Shown piece by piece: positions 1-13,400 of a stretch of 64,000 nucleotides of DNA. Position 1 is the first letter of the stretch. The number at the start of each line of letters is the position of its first letter. The notes under the pieces were generated by a model. The model had not been told where the DNA came from, did not search any database, and saw only the letters and a program-made list of their open reading frames with translations. The stretch lies in assembly GCA_032718475.1 (NCBI GenBank), contig JAUCBJ010001077.1, positions 1-64,000 on the forward strand, given 5' to 3'. The stretch comes from Nemertoderma westbladi. Lineage: Eukaryota > Animalia > Xenacoelomorpha. The translations under genes were made by a program, and so were the position numbers.

Positions 1-111
1 AAGAAATGTTATTTCATTAATATCTTCGTTGGCTATTCGTGTCATTCATTACCGGTATCTACAAGATGTAAACCTAAATAAAAATAAATGGGGAATTGTT
101 GAGTGGCTGTC

Positions 112-1443
112 GCTGTGACATAGCTGTGGCCAGCGTTGGGTGACTGTGACACAGCGTTGGGTGGCCAGCGATGGGTGGCCAGCGTTGGGTGACTGTGACA
201 CAGCGTTGGGTGGCCAGCGATGGGTGGCCAGCGTTGGGTGACTGTGACATAGCGTTGGGTGGCTGTGGCATAGAATTGAGTGGCTGTGGCATAGCGTTGA
301 GTGGCTGTGACATAGCGTTGAGTAACTGTGACATAGCGTTGAGTGGCTGTGACATAGCTTTGAGTGGCTGTGACAAAGCATTGAGCGGCTGTGACGCATT
401 GATCGGCTGTGACATAGCATTGAGCGGCTGTGACATAGCGTTGGGTGGCTGTGGCATAGCATTGAGTGGCTGTGACATAGCGTTGATTGGCTGTGACATA
501 GCGTTGAGTGGCTGTGACATAGCTTTGAGTGGCTGTGACATAGCATTGAGCGGCTGTGACATAGCATTGAGCAGCTGTGACATAGCGTTGGGTGGTTGTG
601 ATGTGACATAGCGTTGGGTGGCTGTGGCATAGCGTTGAGCGGCTGTGACATAGCATTGGGCGGCTGTGACATAGCGTTGGGTGACTGTGGCATAGCATTG
701 AGTGGCTGTGACATAGCGTTGATTGGCTGTGACATAACGTTGGGTGGCTAGCGTTGATTGGCTGTGACATAGCGTTGAGTGGCTGTGACATAGCGTTGAG
801 TGGCTGTGACATAGCTTTGAGTGGCTGTGACAAAGCATTGAGTGGATGTGACATAGCATTGGGCGGCTGTGACATAGCGTTGGGTGGTTGTGATGTGACA
901 TAGCGTTGGGTGGCTGTGGCAGTGTGGCATAGCGGTTGAGTGGTTGTTGTGACAAAGCGTTGGGTGGCTGTGACAATACGTTGAGTGGCTGTGACATAGC
1001 GTTGAGTGTCTGTGACATAGCGTTGAGTGGCTGTGACATAGCGTTGGGTGGCTGTGGCATAGCATTGCGTGGTTGTGACATAGCGTTGAGTGGCTGTGAC
1101 ATGGCATTGAGCGCCTGTGAGATAGCGTTGAGTGGCTGTGGCTGTGACATAGCGTTGGGTGGCTGTGGCATAGCGTTGAGTGGGTATGACATAGCATTGA
1201 GCGGCTGTGACATAGCATTGAGCGGCTGTGACATAGTATTGAGTGGTTGTGACATTGCATTGAGTGGCTGTGACATGGCATTGAGCGCCTGTGAGATAGC
1301 GTTGAGTGGCTGTGACATAGCGTTGAGTGTCTGTGACATAGCTTTGAGTGGCTGTGACATAGCATTGAGCGGCTGTGACATAGCATTGAGCGGCTGTGAC
1401 ATAGCATTGAGTGGTTGTGACATTGCATTGAGTGGCTGTGACT
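112..1443. repeat. 21-bp minisatellite (TGTGACATAGCGTTGAGTGGC), with variant units near the start
   Basis: About 60 diverged tandem copies visible; explains the overlapping 7-aa-periodic ORFs (CYVTATQR, MSQPLNA, CHSHSTL). Confidence 0.97.
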
Positions 1444-3849
1444 TCTGTCTCGCCCAACTTCTGTCTCTGCTTCCAAAAGTATAAAAAAGCGTCTCGATAT
1501 ATAAAACATCGAGACTGGAAAAATATTTCGAGAAAATATCGCCATGGGATATATAGTGGTAGCTTAGTGAAAGGGTTTGGTTAGGTAAGTCTAGAGTTTA
1601 GTGTTGTCTTAGAATAGGGTTAGGTTGTAGATAGAGGGAGAGGCTTCACCTCTGAGTATCAATGATCAACGTATTGTTAGTTGTCTGGGTAATCAGTGTG
1701 AGTATCGTATTGGAAACATGATTGGATTCATTGTCGCTCATATATTCCACCTAAAATGATAATAATATATATACATATGTAGCATTGGAGCAATTAGATC
1801 AACGTGCACAAGTCACCACAACCCATCACAGACTGTTTCACATTGCCACTGCACTGGGGACTGGTTTATAAAGAGGAAATGAGTAAAAAATAAAGCAAAC
1901 ATTTACTTACCTACCATAGATAGCCAGAGTAAGGCATGTTTTATTTTAAATTACAGTATACATATGCACGCTCTGACGATTTATAAACGGCCCAAAGTAC
2001 CAAGTGGGCCAAACCTAACAGCAAGGCCTAGTAGTAAGTAAAATAATAACCTCATCGCCAGAATCTGATGCGTATCTTTAGCTGGCTGCCTGGGACCGCA
2101 TGTGTAATTTACTTCCGGCCGCCGGCGCTTTTTCCCTCTATTTGATCCAAATAGATTACAGGATTAGGATTTTAATCACTTGAATCACTGAAATAACGAT
2201 GTGTAAGAAGCCTATTCAAGTTCAATACAAACCTGTTAAGTGAAGAACCTTCGCATTAAATGTGGGCCAACTTGACAGTTGACAGAAGATCTGGATTCGA
2301 AAATTCTTTCCAACGTACCGGTAACAGTAGGCCGGCATTTCGAGGAGGCCATAATATTTTTCCAGTCTGCCAGTGCAGCCCTTGCCGCTTGCCTGTTGTT
2401 TCGACCAACCAGCGCCAGGAAGACAGAGCCCAATCTAAACTGTCGTCGTCATCGAATTACTGGCACTGCACTGCCTGACTGCATTACATACAGACATATT
2501 ACTGTATTCTGGTATTACAATACAATTAGGCTAGGCTGCTAGGCCTATATAATGTACATAAATAATATATAATGTATATGACATATATTATGTATTATAT
2601 ATGTTATGTAGGCCTATATAACATATAATGTATAATATAAAAAGATTTATCATTTTATATGACAGTCAGACAGTATGAAGCTTAATTAAAAATAACTTAA
2701 ACAGTTAATATAGGCATACGGCAGTAAACAAACATATGGCAGTATGGTCAACCCTATTGCAGCACTTAAACCAGTAAACAGCTGGCCTACACACTGCAGC
2801 ACTACTGTCAAGCTCTCAGAATGTGGCTGGAGTGCATGGAGAGGGTGCTGGTAGGCTGGGGCAGGCAGTGGAGTGTCTACTGACTGACTGATGTACTGCA
2901 TGCACTGCTGCATGATTTATAGGCCTATAAACGAATTTGGCGGTAAATTTTAGGCGGTTTATTCAAACAGCCTTAAGACATATTGGCAATGATGTGCAGG
3001 ACGTTTGTTCAACACGACAAAGTAGCATTTAACAAACAGCTGGAATAAACATGTATGATTTATGTTACACAATAACATGTAAAACAAATGTTAAATAATT
3101 ACATGATAAAACATGTTACATTTAGGTATCATTAAAACGTGATCAACAAATGTTTGATTATAACATGATTGGATATTATGTTATTTAGATGTTAAAATAA
3201 CATGTTGATTAAAACAAGTTTAGAAAAAAAACATGTCAACATGATTCAAGCATATAAACAAACGTTTGGTATAATAGCGTGTAGCGTGTCTGGTTAGCAT
3301 TCATGTTCAATACTTCCGAAACTACCGAACAAAGTACCATCCAAATTCTTTGAAAATACTGAAGATGCGGTCTGGCATTTAAAAATAATAACCGCGGTGC
3401 TCCAAATAGATGACACATGGTTTTAGATGCTTAAAACATTCTAAATCTAAATTAGTTAGTTATTTATTTACTTATTTGGTTTACTTAGTTATTTAAATTT
3501 AAAATAATATGTAATAATATATGATCTATAATGATAATACTGAATTGTACAACCAGGACTTATTATTGTACTTAACCCTTTCCGCCCTGAACGTGATTAT
3601 TTATATTTCTACTAATGTATTTATCATACATTATCTTACAACCTGGTGCTATTTAATAATTTGAGATTTTAATAAGTCAATAACATAATAATATAATAAC
3701 AATAATAGTTGTGGCTTACAGTTGGAATTGTTACTAAACGGAAAAAGACACTCTGATGTATAATTTTGGATATTATATTCAAACTACAGTAATGTCTATA
3801 ACAAAAATTATAACTAATACAGATTGAGAGAATTTGGGCAATATAAATG

Positions 3850-4085
3850 AGGTCTTTCCGGGCTTGCCAATCTCATGGTAATTGTTTCTCCCAAGTCCAG
3901 TATTCCGGTGGTTGCACCGAAAATGAAAACCTGTTATTATTCACATCCTCGCCTCGGGACGCAGATCTGATATGTTCTCATGTTTACTTCTCCAACTGCC
4001 CACTAAACTGTTTAGGTCTTTAGGTCTGCCCTTAGTAGTCAGCAGTCTTGTAACAACCATCAATTCTTTGTTAAAGTGATTTTGT
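3850..4085 (-). mobile_element. Highly decayed RTE-like LINE relic
   Basis: ctgcccttagtagtc...caaccatcaattc...agtga resembles the RTE fragment at 44520-44580. Confidence 0.45.
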
Positions 4086-5019
4086 CAGAGTTCAGGTCTC
4101 ATCGCTGTATAAAAGTTACACGTTCGTGGGGCCATCGCGCAGGATGAGGGTCAGTTATTAGATAGGTACAGATTAAAATTGAGCAATTCTATCCCAAAAT
4201 CGGTACTTAAGAAATTTAAATAAACTTAAATTTAACCAAACTTTTACTTAATGTCATAGAAGTCCACAGTCAACTACTCAAAAAATTCAATGCATTCTTC
4301 AGTCCTCGGGTCTCGCTCATCAGTTAGTCCAGTTTGCCCGTAGCGCTAGCGCATTAGCGATACCACAAGTCGAGGTCGCCAACGGCACTGCGACAGACAG
4401 AGTACAGTTTGAGTACCGGTACAATTTCAAAACGTTGCTGGGTGGGTATTGCAGTATTGGACTGTTGGGGTACCTAGTGCAGTAGTAGATACCGGAACAT
4501 GGAATAAAGGTCAGCTGGTACAACCTGACAATATGTCAGTCATAGCAGTCTTAAGTCCGCATAATTTCAAAACTTCCATGGTTGCCTTTGCCGAGCCGAT
4601 TGGTGGGTGGCGCCAACGACCTGAAGACGGTACCGGTAACTCTGTACCAGTACCACTGTAACAGTACCGGTACCGTACTGTAAAACATATGTTTAATAAG
4701 ATTAAAGTACCGTACCGGTACATGATATGGCTGAATAGTCGCGAATAACTGAATACTCTGAACTCAGCAATCTGGAAATGCTGGAATGGCTGAAGAAAGT
4801 GAAATAGGCCAACCACACTTCCCAAGCAGCCAAGGCCACATTATTGCTGCATTGTACCCAAGGCGATACCTACTACTAGGTATCGCCTTGATTGTACCGG
4901 TATTGGTGAATTTCAAACCCACCTGATATATCCTGCAGTCTCCTAGCAACCAGCTGATACCAAGCCTAATAATTTTTGGGTAAATAAATTTATTATAACT
5001 GCAAGACAGTTACACAGAT

Positions 5020-5321
5020 GCTGCACGAAGACCCACGCAAATTCAACTTGGAAAATTTCTAAACTTTTGCCAGACTACATATGTACCAAGTTTGGATATA
5101 TTTTATCGAGATTTGGCTGAGTTATTAATGTTTAAAATTGGACACAACAGATCAACAGAACAACAGAGCAACAGACACACCGATTGAGTTAGTGGTACCT
5201 GTATGCTACCCTCGCTTACTTTCGTCGCTCGCCCCACAACAGAGCAACAGAACAACAGACACACCGATTGAGTTAGTGGTACCTGTATGCTAAGCTCGCT
5301 TACTTTCGTCGCTCGCCCCAG
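5020..5321 (+). repeat. Dispersed repeat (Helentron/HINE-like) with a tandemly duplicated 3' end of about 85 bp
   Basis: acagacacaccgattgagttagtggtacctgtatgct...gctcgcccca occurs twice; the same gctcgcccca end occurs at ~21782 and ~33732, and gtaccaagtttgg is shared with ~33615. Confidence 0.55.
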
Positions 5322-6763
5322 ATTTTCCACTTTGGCAGTGTAGGCCTACTGTCCAGAGTACAAACACATGGACTCAGCTATATGCCCAAAGGATGAGAGT
5401 AAATATTTGGCAAATACTACGGGATATTCTAGCATTATTGATTCTATTTGGTATCTTTATTGGACTACATTGTTTTATTATTGAGTGACGTCAGAGTTCA
5501 AAATACAATTTTTTATCATAAAGTACTGATATTGTATTATTTATTTACTGAAAATATATATTATAGATTAGGTGCCGTATTTGTACAAGCATTTTTAACA
5601 ATGTGAGCGCCTTCGAATCTATAATCTATTGAATTATAGTAGGGCATATTTAAATACAGTACCTGTGTTAAATGTTAATATTAATAGTATAATTATTTAC
5701 CATTTAATTCCATCTCCCATTAAACACCATCTCCCTTAATACAATAACCGTTTTTAGCAAGTCGGAGTCTCGCCCCCAAAATATTTTCAAATTTCAATCT
5801 CAAAAGCTACAAAATGTATTTAGTGTGATGATAGTTCGGTGACATTTCTTACTGCTGGCAGATCCGGAATTTGTAATTTCTGATCTATTTCGATACAACA
5901 AGCCGTTAAATATCTTCTATTTGGCAATTTTTGGCCACCTCGGTCGTCCTTATTTGTCGTCTTTCTTATGCAATTTAGATATCATTAGAACAGCCTTCAT
6001 CTGCAGATTCCGAATCTGAAAACCGTTTTAAATTTCACCAAAAATTGCCAAAGATATTATTAAAATACTAACGTGTTAAAAAGACAAAAAATAAAGCCAA
6101 CTGAGGTTGTTAAATATTGATAAAAAAGACATTATTTAATTGCATTTTGTACCGTATCGAATCGAAATAGCTCAAGCAAAAGCAAGCAGAAGCAAGCAGA
6201 AGCAAGCAAAAGCGGCGACGCGTATAACACACACACCGGTCGGGATCCATACTGCCAACTCCGTTGGATCCCGTCACAGTATCGAAATAGCTCAGAAATT
6301 TAAAAATCCTGCTCTGCCAGAAGTAAGAAAAGTTGTCTATCTTCATTTTCAGGCATGTTATTTAAATTTGAAAAAGTATGGGGGGTGGGGAATTCCGACA
6401 CAATCAAAATTTATCCCTACCTCGTGGAAAATCGATACTAATAACAGCTGATTACTCTTAAAAAATAAACCTGTAACCTGTTCTATTGACTTTCGTTTAT
6501 TGTTTTGGTTAGAATAACGTGCCACTGTAACCTGCTCATTGTAATTTAACATTGAGACGAAATATTATTTCGCCGAGATGGGATTCGCGTCAAGTCCCCC
6601 CCCCCCCCCCCCCCCCTCAAATTAGTAACATAAACAACTCTTATGTTTGGGGTCTGTAGTGGTCTGGAAGGTCAAAAAAAGGTGGGAAGTTATTTGCTAC
6701 AATCGATATTTGATTTCTGTTATTAACATAAATTATTAAAGTGAAATAATTATATACAAAAAT

Positions 6764-8253
6764 ATGGTTGAGGTTGATATCTTGTCGATTGTTTTATTCG
6801 TGACTGTATTTCTGGGAGTCTATATTTACTTCTATTATCATACTGTAACCATCGCGATGATAAGTTACCCCCTTCTCATAGGGGTCTACCTCTCTTGGGA
6901 AATCTTCTATCTTTACTCGATTCCTATACATTTCCCCAGACACTCACTAACTGGTCCAAAGAATTACGAAGTGGCTTTATAACCATAAAACTTGGTCCCA
7001 AGCATCTCTTTGTGTTAAACAATTACGCTTTGGTCAAAGAAGCCTTTGTTGAAAATTCCAAGATTTTCTCAGAAAGACCAGTAATAAACAAAACTGATAG
7101 ACCATCCAATAAAACTGGCTTGGATTTCAATGATGGGAAATCTTGGGCTGTGATGCGACGTCTGGTCACTCGAGTTTTTCGCAACTTTGGAATTGGCAGC
7201 AGTAGAATAGAACAGCGAGTAATCAACGAAGCGAATCATCTTTGTGATGAGTTGCTCAGTCATGAACACGAAGATTATGATCCACACAAAGCTATTTGCG
7301 TGACCATCTTTAATGTCATTTGTACTTTTATTTTTGGCAAACGATTTGATACAGATGATCCAGATTTCTGTGAGTTTATGGAATCCAATGAGATAATAAT
7401 GCGAACTGCTGGTCCTTCTAAGCAGCCGATACTTCCGTATTGGATTCCAGGTACAGTAGGCTACAAAAAGCATAGAGCAGTCATCAAAATGAAAAATCTT
7501 ATGCGGAAAGAAATTGCTTCACATCGAGCTGCATTCAATTACGACAACGAAGATACGAATTTAATTGACTCCTATATGAAGCATGTTTCATCTAATGCAA
7601 AATCCGAGGATTTGAAATATGTCAATGATGATAACATTATGTTAGTTATTAGGGATTTGTTTATGGCGGGCTCTGATACCACATCTAATGCTGTTTATTG
7701 GTTCGTTTTAATTATGGCTAAGAATCCAGCCATTCAGAAAAAATGCCAGGATTTACTGGAGAGCAAAGTTGGTCGAAATGGTCTGCCAAGCAATGATACA
7801 TTCCGCGAATTACCGTATTTGGAAGCCGTACTGTGCGAGGTGCTAAGGTTTGGGTGTATTGCACCCCTTACCGCACCTCACAGACTGGAATGCGACACTG
7901 TTTTCCAGTCGTACAATCTACCTCGTGATTCTGTTCTAGTCGCCAACCTGTGGGCGATTTCTCGCGATCCAGATGTTTGGGAGAAACCCGATGAATTTTG
8001 CCCTCATCATTTTCTTGATGATTATTATAAGTTGGTAATCCCAGAATGTTTTATGCCTTTTGGAATTGGTCCTCGGATCTGTATCGGTGAATCATTGTCT
8101 AAAGTTGAAATGAGAATCATATACGGATTTCTTCTGCATACATTCGAGATATCGCCACCCAGCGATGATAAACTACCACAACATGGGGAGGTGGCGGGTG
8201 GAATTACAAGAAGACCGTCAAGCTATCGAGTAGTGTTTAAACGCAGGATTTAA
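6764..8253 (+). CDS. Cytochrome P450 (CYP2-clan-like), intronless; 1-nt frameshift between the N-terminal anchor and the Pro-rich hinge
   Basis: I-helix AGSDTT, K-helix EVLR, PDEFCPHHF meander, heme motif FGIGPRICIG. Anchor MVEVDILSIVLFVTVFLGV starts at 6764; hinge KLPPSHRGLPLLGN is in the 6895 frame. Confidence 0.93.
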
Positions 8254-8636
8254 TAAAATGGAATGATATATGAGTATATGACTGAATAGTAATCTATTTA
8301 ATCAACCTTAATGTTGGAGTTTTGAATTATTGAATTTTAGAAAACTTTGTAGTCTTTGTCTATATACTGTAGTATGATGGATATTATTAGTATTTATAAT
8401 AGTATTTACGTTTCGTAACGTTATGTACAGTAGGTGTTGGTAGCTTTATCAAAAATGGATGCTATCTGGAAATCAGACCTCGCATCACCTGAACACCAAG
8501 TTCTTACGGGTCACAGTGAAAATGTAGTTTTATACGTGGTTGTCACCTGGCCACTGAACAATTCACTTGAATAAAGAATTTATGGTTGTTAGGCTACAAA
8601 AGACTACTAAGGGCAATACTAAACATTAGACATTAA

Positions 8637-9776
8637 GGGAGGGTAGCGCATTTTCTGACCAAAAAGACGAATTTTTGAAACATATCCTATATGATGCAGA
8701 ATTTCATGCTGAATCGAAATATGGAAACCGTTTTCCCTTATCTGGGATATAAGATACTGCCTCCGATATATCGCGATATCGGTAAAGGCAATGAAGTTTG
8801 GGGTTTGCATTCAATTTCTGCAAATTTCTATGCACAGTGGTGCCAATTGGATGTCTCCACGAGAAAGAGCACACAATTTTAATTGAGAAGGTTTTTTTTT
8901 TATGATTATTGAACCTACTTGTCAGCTTATAAGACTACTTCAAGCCATGGAATGAAGACGGGACTCGAATAAGCGACTCTGCGGTCTTTGTGGGATTACA
9001 CGGAATAGACTTATCGGTCATCGGAGATCTTCAAAATGTATAATCTCCAGTTCTAGTGGTCGTACGAAGTTCGTTTTAGGCTCATTCGAAAGCTCTTTTC
9101 TTAGAGAACAAAGTTACCATTGATTTAAGATAAAATGGTTGTGAAGCAACATAACATGAATTTGGGTAAAATATGCCTTGCAAATTTTGTTCAAGTTATG
9201 ATCTTGTTTTCAAGCTTTCATGCTTTCAAGAGTTTGCCAAACCAAATGGTAACTTTGGTCTCTGAGAAAATAGCTTTCAAATGAGCCCAAAACGAACTCC
9301 GTACGACCACTAGATTATAGATAGATTATACATTTTGAAGATCTCTGATGACTGATAAGTCTATTCCGTGCAATCCCACAAAGACCGCAGAGTCGCTTAT
9401 TTGAGTCCGGTCTTCATTCCGGAGACTTGAAGTTGTCTTATAAACTGATCAGTAGGTCCAATAATCATAAAAAAATTCCCTCTCAATTAAAATTTTGTGC
9501 TCTTTCTCGTGGAGACATCCAATTAGCACCACTGAGCACAGAAATTTGCAGAAATTGAATTCAAACTCCAAACTTCATCTCCTTTACCGATATCGCGATA
9601 TATCCGAGCCAGTATCTTCTATCCAAGATATTTTGAAAACTAAGCAAGATATGGCAAAACGGTTTCCATATTTGGATTCAGCATGGAATTCTGCATCAGA
9701 TAGGATATGTTTCAAAAATTCGACTTTTTGGTCAGAAAATGCGCTACCGATCACCCCCCCCCCCCCCCCCCCCCCC
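8637..9776. mobile_element. Non-autonomous foldback DNA element with arms of about 490 bp, flanked by TTAA (Kolobok-like termini)
   Basis: ttaa|ggg..gtagcgcattttctgaccaaaaag at the left end, ctttttggtcagaaaatgcgctac..ccc|ttaa at the right; arms stay complementary inward to ~9125/~9245. Confidence 0.85.
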
Positions 9777-10099
9777 TTAAACAAAATAAAATGCGCTAAC
9801 TAGATAGGTTTAAAGCTAACACGAAGCTAACTTCACGCAGTTTGAACGGGTATTAGTTTCCCAAGCAAGCTTGGGACGCGCTCACACTCCGACCTGGATT
9901 AACGAGGCTGGATTTCAGCGAGTTTAAACGAAGGCAGTAGTGTGAACGTTGCTTCACTTGTGCATAAATTACTTTTCAACGCTTATTTCCGTGGTGTGTT
10001 TTATTTAACGGCATGTTATTCTCGTTGCATGTCGGCCGGCATTGCATCGTAGTGGTTTAGCCAATGTATGTATGTATTAGAATGTACTAGAAGACATGT

Positions 10100-10250
10100 T
10101 TGTGAGCGGACTATAAAGTTGTGTAAGCGGACTATAAAGTTGTGTAAGCGGACTATAAAGTTGTGTAAGCAGACTATAAAGTTGTGTAAGCGGACTATAA
10201 AGTTGTGTAAGCGGACTATAAAGTTGTGTAAGCGGACTATAAAGTTGCGT
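10100..10250. repeat. 21-bp minisatellite (GTGTAAGCGGACTATAAAGTT), about 7 copies
   Basis: Direct tandem copies. Confidence 0.95.
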
Positions 10251-10422
10251 TAACGGATTAAAAATATTAACATATAATCGTGATGTTTTTGAAACTGTCA
10301 GAGAAAATAAATATTTCAATTTTTCAATGAATTTTTTATAATTCATTTAAATATATAAATCTTTACCCAGAGATCAAATTGAATTAAAATATAACCAATT
10401 TATACACAACTACAAAAATATA

Positions 10423-13400
10423 TTAGGCATTCGCAGGAGGTGGTGGAGGAGGAGGTTGCGATGCATCTGGGGGTGGTGGAGCTGCACCAGTGGTTGGTGG
10501 TGGAGCTGCGGTAGCGAGTGGTGGTGGTGGTGGTGGTGCAGCTGCTGCTGCACCAGTGGTTGGTGGTGGTGTGGGAGCACCAGGGGTTGGTGGTGGGGGC
10601 TGGGCTACACTAGGGGTTGTTGGAGGGGGTGGCGGTTCATCTTGTTGAACTGGTAAAGTATTTGAATTTGTTGGCTCCTGTAGATTCGCGGTGGAACCAC
10701 CACCTTGCACTGATTGGGTTCCACCTTCTGGAATTGGCTGCAATCCACCACTACCAGGAGGTGGTGGGGGTTGCTGTTGCGACGTCTTCCTTTTAACCAC
10801 GTCCGTGTCAACAATTCCCGGGGCAGTTGATCTCATTAGGTCCGATGGCCTTTCACTGACGAAGACCCCGCCTCTAGTGGGATCGCTAAATGTTCGGCTC
10901 AGCGTGCGTGCCTTACCCAAAATCTGATCAAGCTCCTTTTTGCGACCAATATCTGCTACGCCTCGACTCCCTATCTCACTTGCTTGTTCAGTGTCTCCTA
11001 GGAAAACATCCATATCTAAATCGTCATATGGTTGCAAATCATTTAAAAGTTCGTACATTTCTTTAATGTCTGTGGGATATTCACCATCGGTCTCTTGGAT
11101 GACATCATCCATAATACTCAGCACCAGAGAAAAGCACCAATGTTCAATATTATAGAAGCTAGATTGATCCAAATTCCGCGGATGAGTCACTGCAACCTGT
11201 TCTGGCAACTGGCTAAACTGAGCTAGTTTTGGCGGGAGGTCAATATATGGCGACATTTGCAGCATCTTGAAGGTCCGCCACACATCCTGTCTTTCTGTAA
11301 CATCGTTCCGATCTTCTAAATTTATAAGGTCTATATAATTTTGCCCCGGGGCAAATGTAATAATCTGGTATGCGCCTCGCCTGTTTGCAACAACTAAGCG
11401 GGCATTTGATGCGACTTCAGCTTGGAGAGATGTTAAATTAAGTCCGTCAAACCCATTATTCAAACAAGCCATCACCAGGTTCCCTGTGGTTAACGAATAG
11501 CCATACAAACTACCCAAGATGTTGCATATCAAATACGGTGTCCTAAGACAGTCGTGGGTTCTTGTTACATCAAAATTAACCATAGTTGGTTTCTCGGCCT
11601 CTTGGTATTCCGCAGCTGAAAGATCTAAATCAATTCTCCAATCTTCAAGATCTTTTTCTACTAGATCATACAAAAGAAAAGTTATATGAGCTTTCCTTGG
11701 TCCGTTTGCTGGTATTAGCAATCCAAAAACCAGTTTCGATCCATCAGGTGTGGCTCTGACATGAAGAAGTTTTGTTGCTGCCAATTTTGCGGGTCGATAG
11801 AACTCTTTGGAAAAGTAGATAAGGTCGTTGTTTTTATTTCGTTTAATTATGGAAAATGGGGATCCAGTTGGTGCTGGATCTTTGACTTTATAAATATATG
11901 TTGTCACTGATGTCTTTGGATCTACACTAACAGCCCAAGGTTTTCCTAGCTCCTGTTCATCTATATAGTTATCAGCACGGTTCCGTCTTTCGGGTGTCGA
12001 GGGCATTGTCTTTCGCTTCTTTTTGTCAATCGGTTTGGCCGAGAAAAGAATCTTTGGCTCTTTATTTGGGACAGGCTCGAAAATTCTTTCGGCAAAAACA
12101 ATCCTCTGTTTAGATTCGGGTTCGAACCATTCGTAGTTGCTGATCGCATCCCTGCTGTATCTCCAAAAAAATATATACCCTTTATCATCCACTGAAACCA
12201 TTGGTCCAAGATTATTGACAAATCCTATGTGGACCAATGGGTTCTTGTGAGCGCGGAATAGTTCTGCTTCTAGATCCTCTCCAAGAAAATTAGGCTCATT
12301 AATTACATCATCAAATATAGGCCTAATGGTACGACCTGTTTGTGAGGTCGGGTCAAGCAATAAGTCCTCCAATTCACATCTCAAAATATCGCCATTCTCC
12401 ATACCTAAAGCCAAGTTGTTTTGAGAGCCTAATAGAGTTAATGATGTGTGGAAGACGGCCATTCTAGGTTTCAAAATCTCAGTGCCGACTGAGCCAGCGC
12501 TTGCTAGAGGCCCTTCTTGAAATACAAAGTCACCCTTATCAGGAAATAACTCGACCAATAGTTGTAATTCTTCAGGCAAAAATCCCTCCTCATCGGGGCC
12601 CAATCCTAGAGTGGCCGCCCTTTCCGCAGAAATCTCCCCATTAACCAGAGACCACAAACGCAATGACCCATTGTTGTTGACTGTTGCCAAACGGGTTCCA
12701 TCCAATGAAAACGATATTTTACGGACTGGATCATTTTCCTTGTTCTCATTGGTCACATACCGGTAAACAAGAGGAGGATATACATGAAGATCGTAGACAA
12801 GAACGTCTCCATGCATTGTCCCAACAGCGAGAAATCGTTGTGTGTGATTAACACAACCACAAGAAACACCTGCGGTCTTCAAAGTCACATTAAGTCTTAT
12901 TGATGTTGGGATTAAGTTGGACCAATAGATAACTTCTCTTTCACAGTATTCCTTGTACATAATAGTGTATGTTTCATCGTCTTTAGTCTTGAATGGCTCA
13001 ATTCCCAGATAATCTGTATATTCAACATCATCTTCTTGGGCATCGCTTTGTCTATCTGGTTTTACATGGAGCAAATACTGGGTGTGCAACCACAACTTGG
13101 CCCGTCTCTCATTCCGGTCGGCAGTCATACGGTGATATGCCTTAGTAACAAGGTTGTAGGTAAGATCTTCCTTATCAGTTCTACCTTCTTCGTTACCAGT
13201 TGTTAAAGTTTCAGTTGTACCAATGACAAGATCACTAGCACTAGCTGCAGACAACAGATTCAATGAAATATATTCCCTCACTACTTCCTCCGCCAAATTT
13301 CTTGTTTCAAGAATAATAATTTCCTCGCATATCAGTTGAGTTACTTTCTGTTTTACGGCGGCCATTTTGAATTCTGCAACCTGGGTTCTACTGTTTGCGA

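Noticed and set aside
42-1545. Several long ORFs (146-471 aa)
   Set aside because: By-products of a 21-bp tandem repeat that is open in several frames; not called as CDS.
6596-6616. Long poly-C/poly-G runs (also ~9755, 15970, 30485, 34235, 47200, 47410, 48140)
   Set aside because: Homopolymers, often at the ends of dispersed repeats; lengths are unreliable and no function is supportable.
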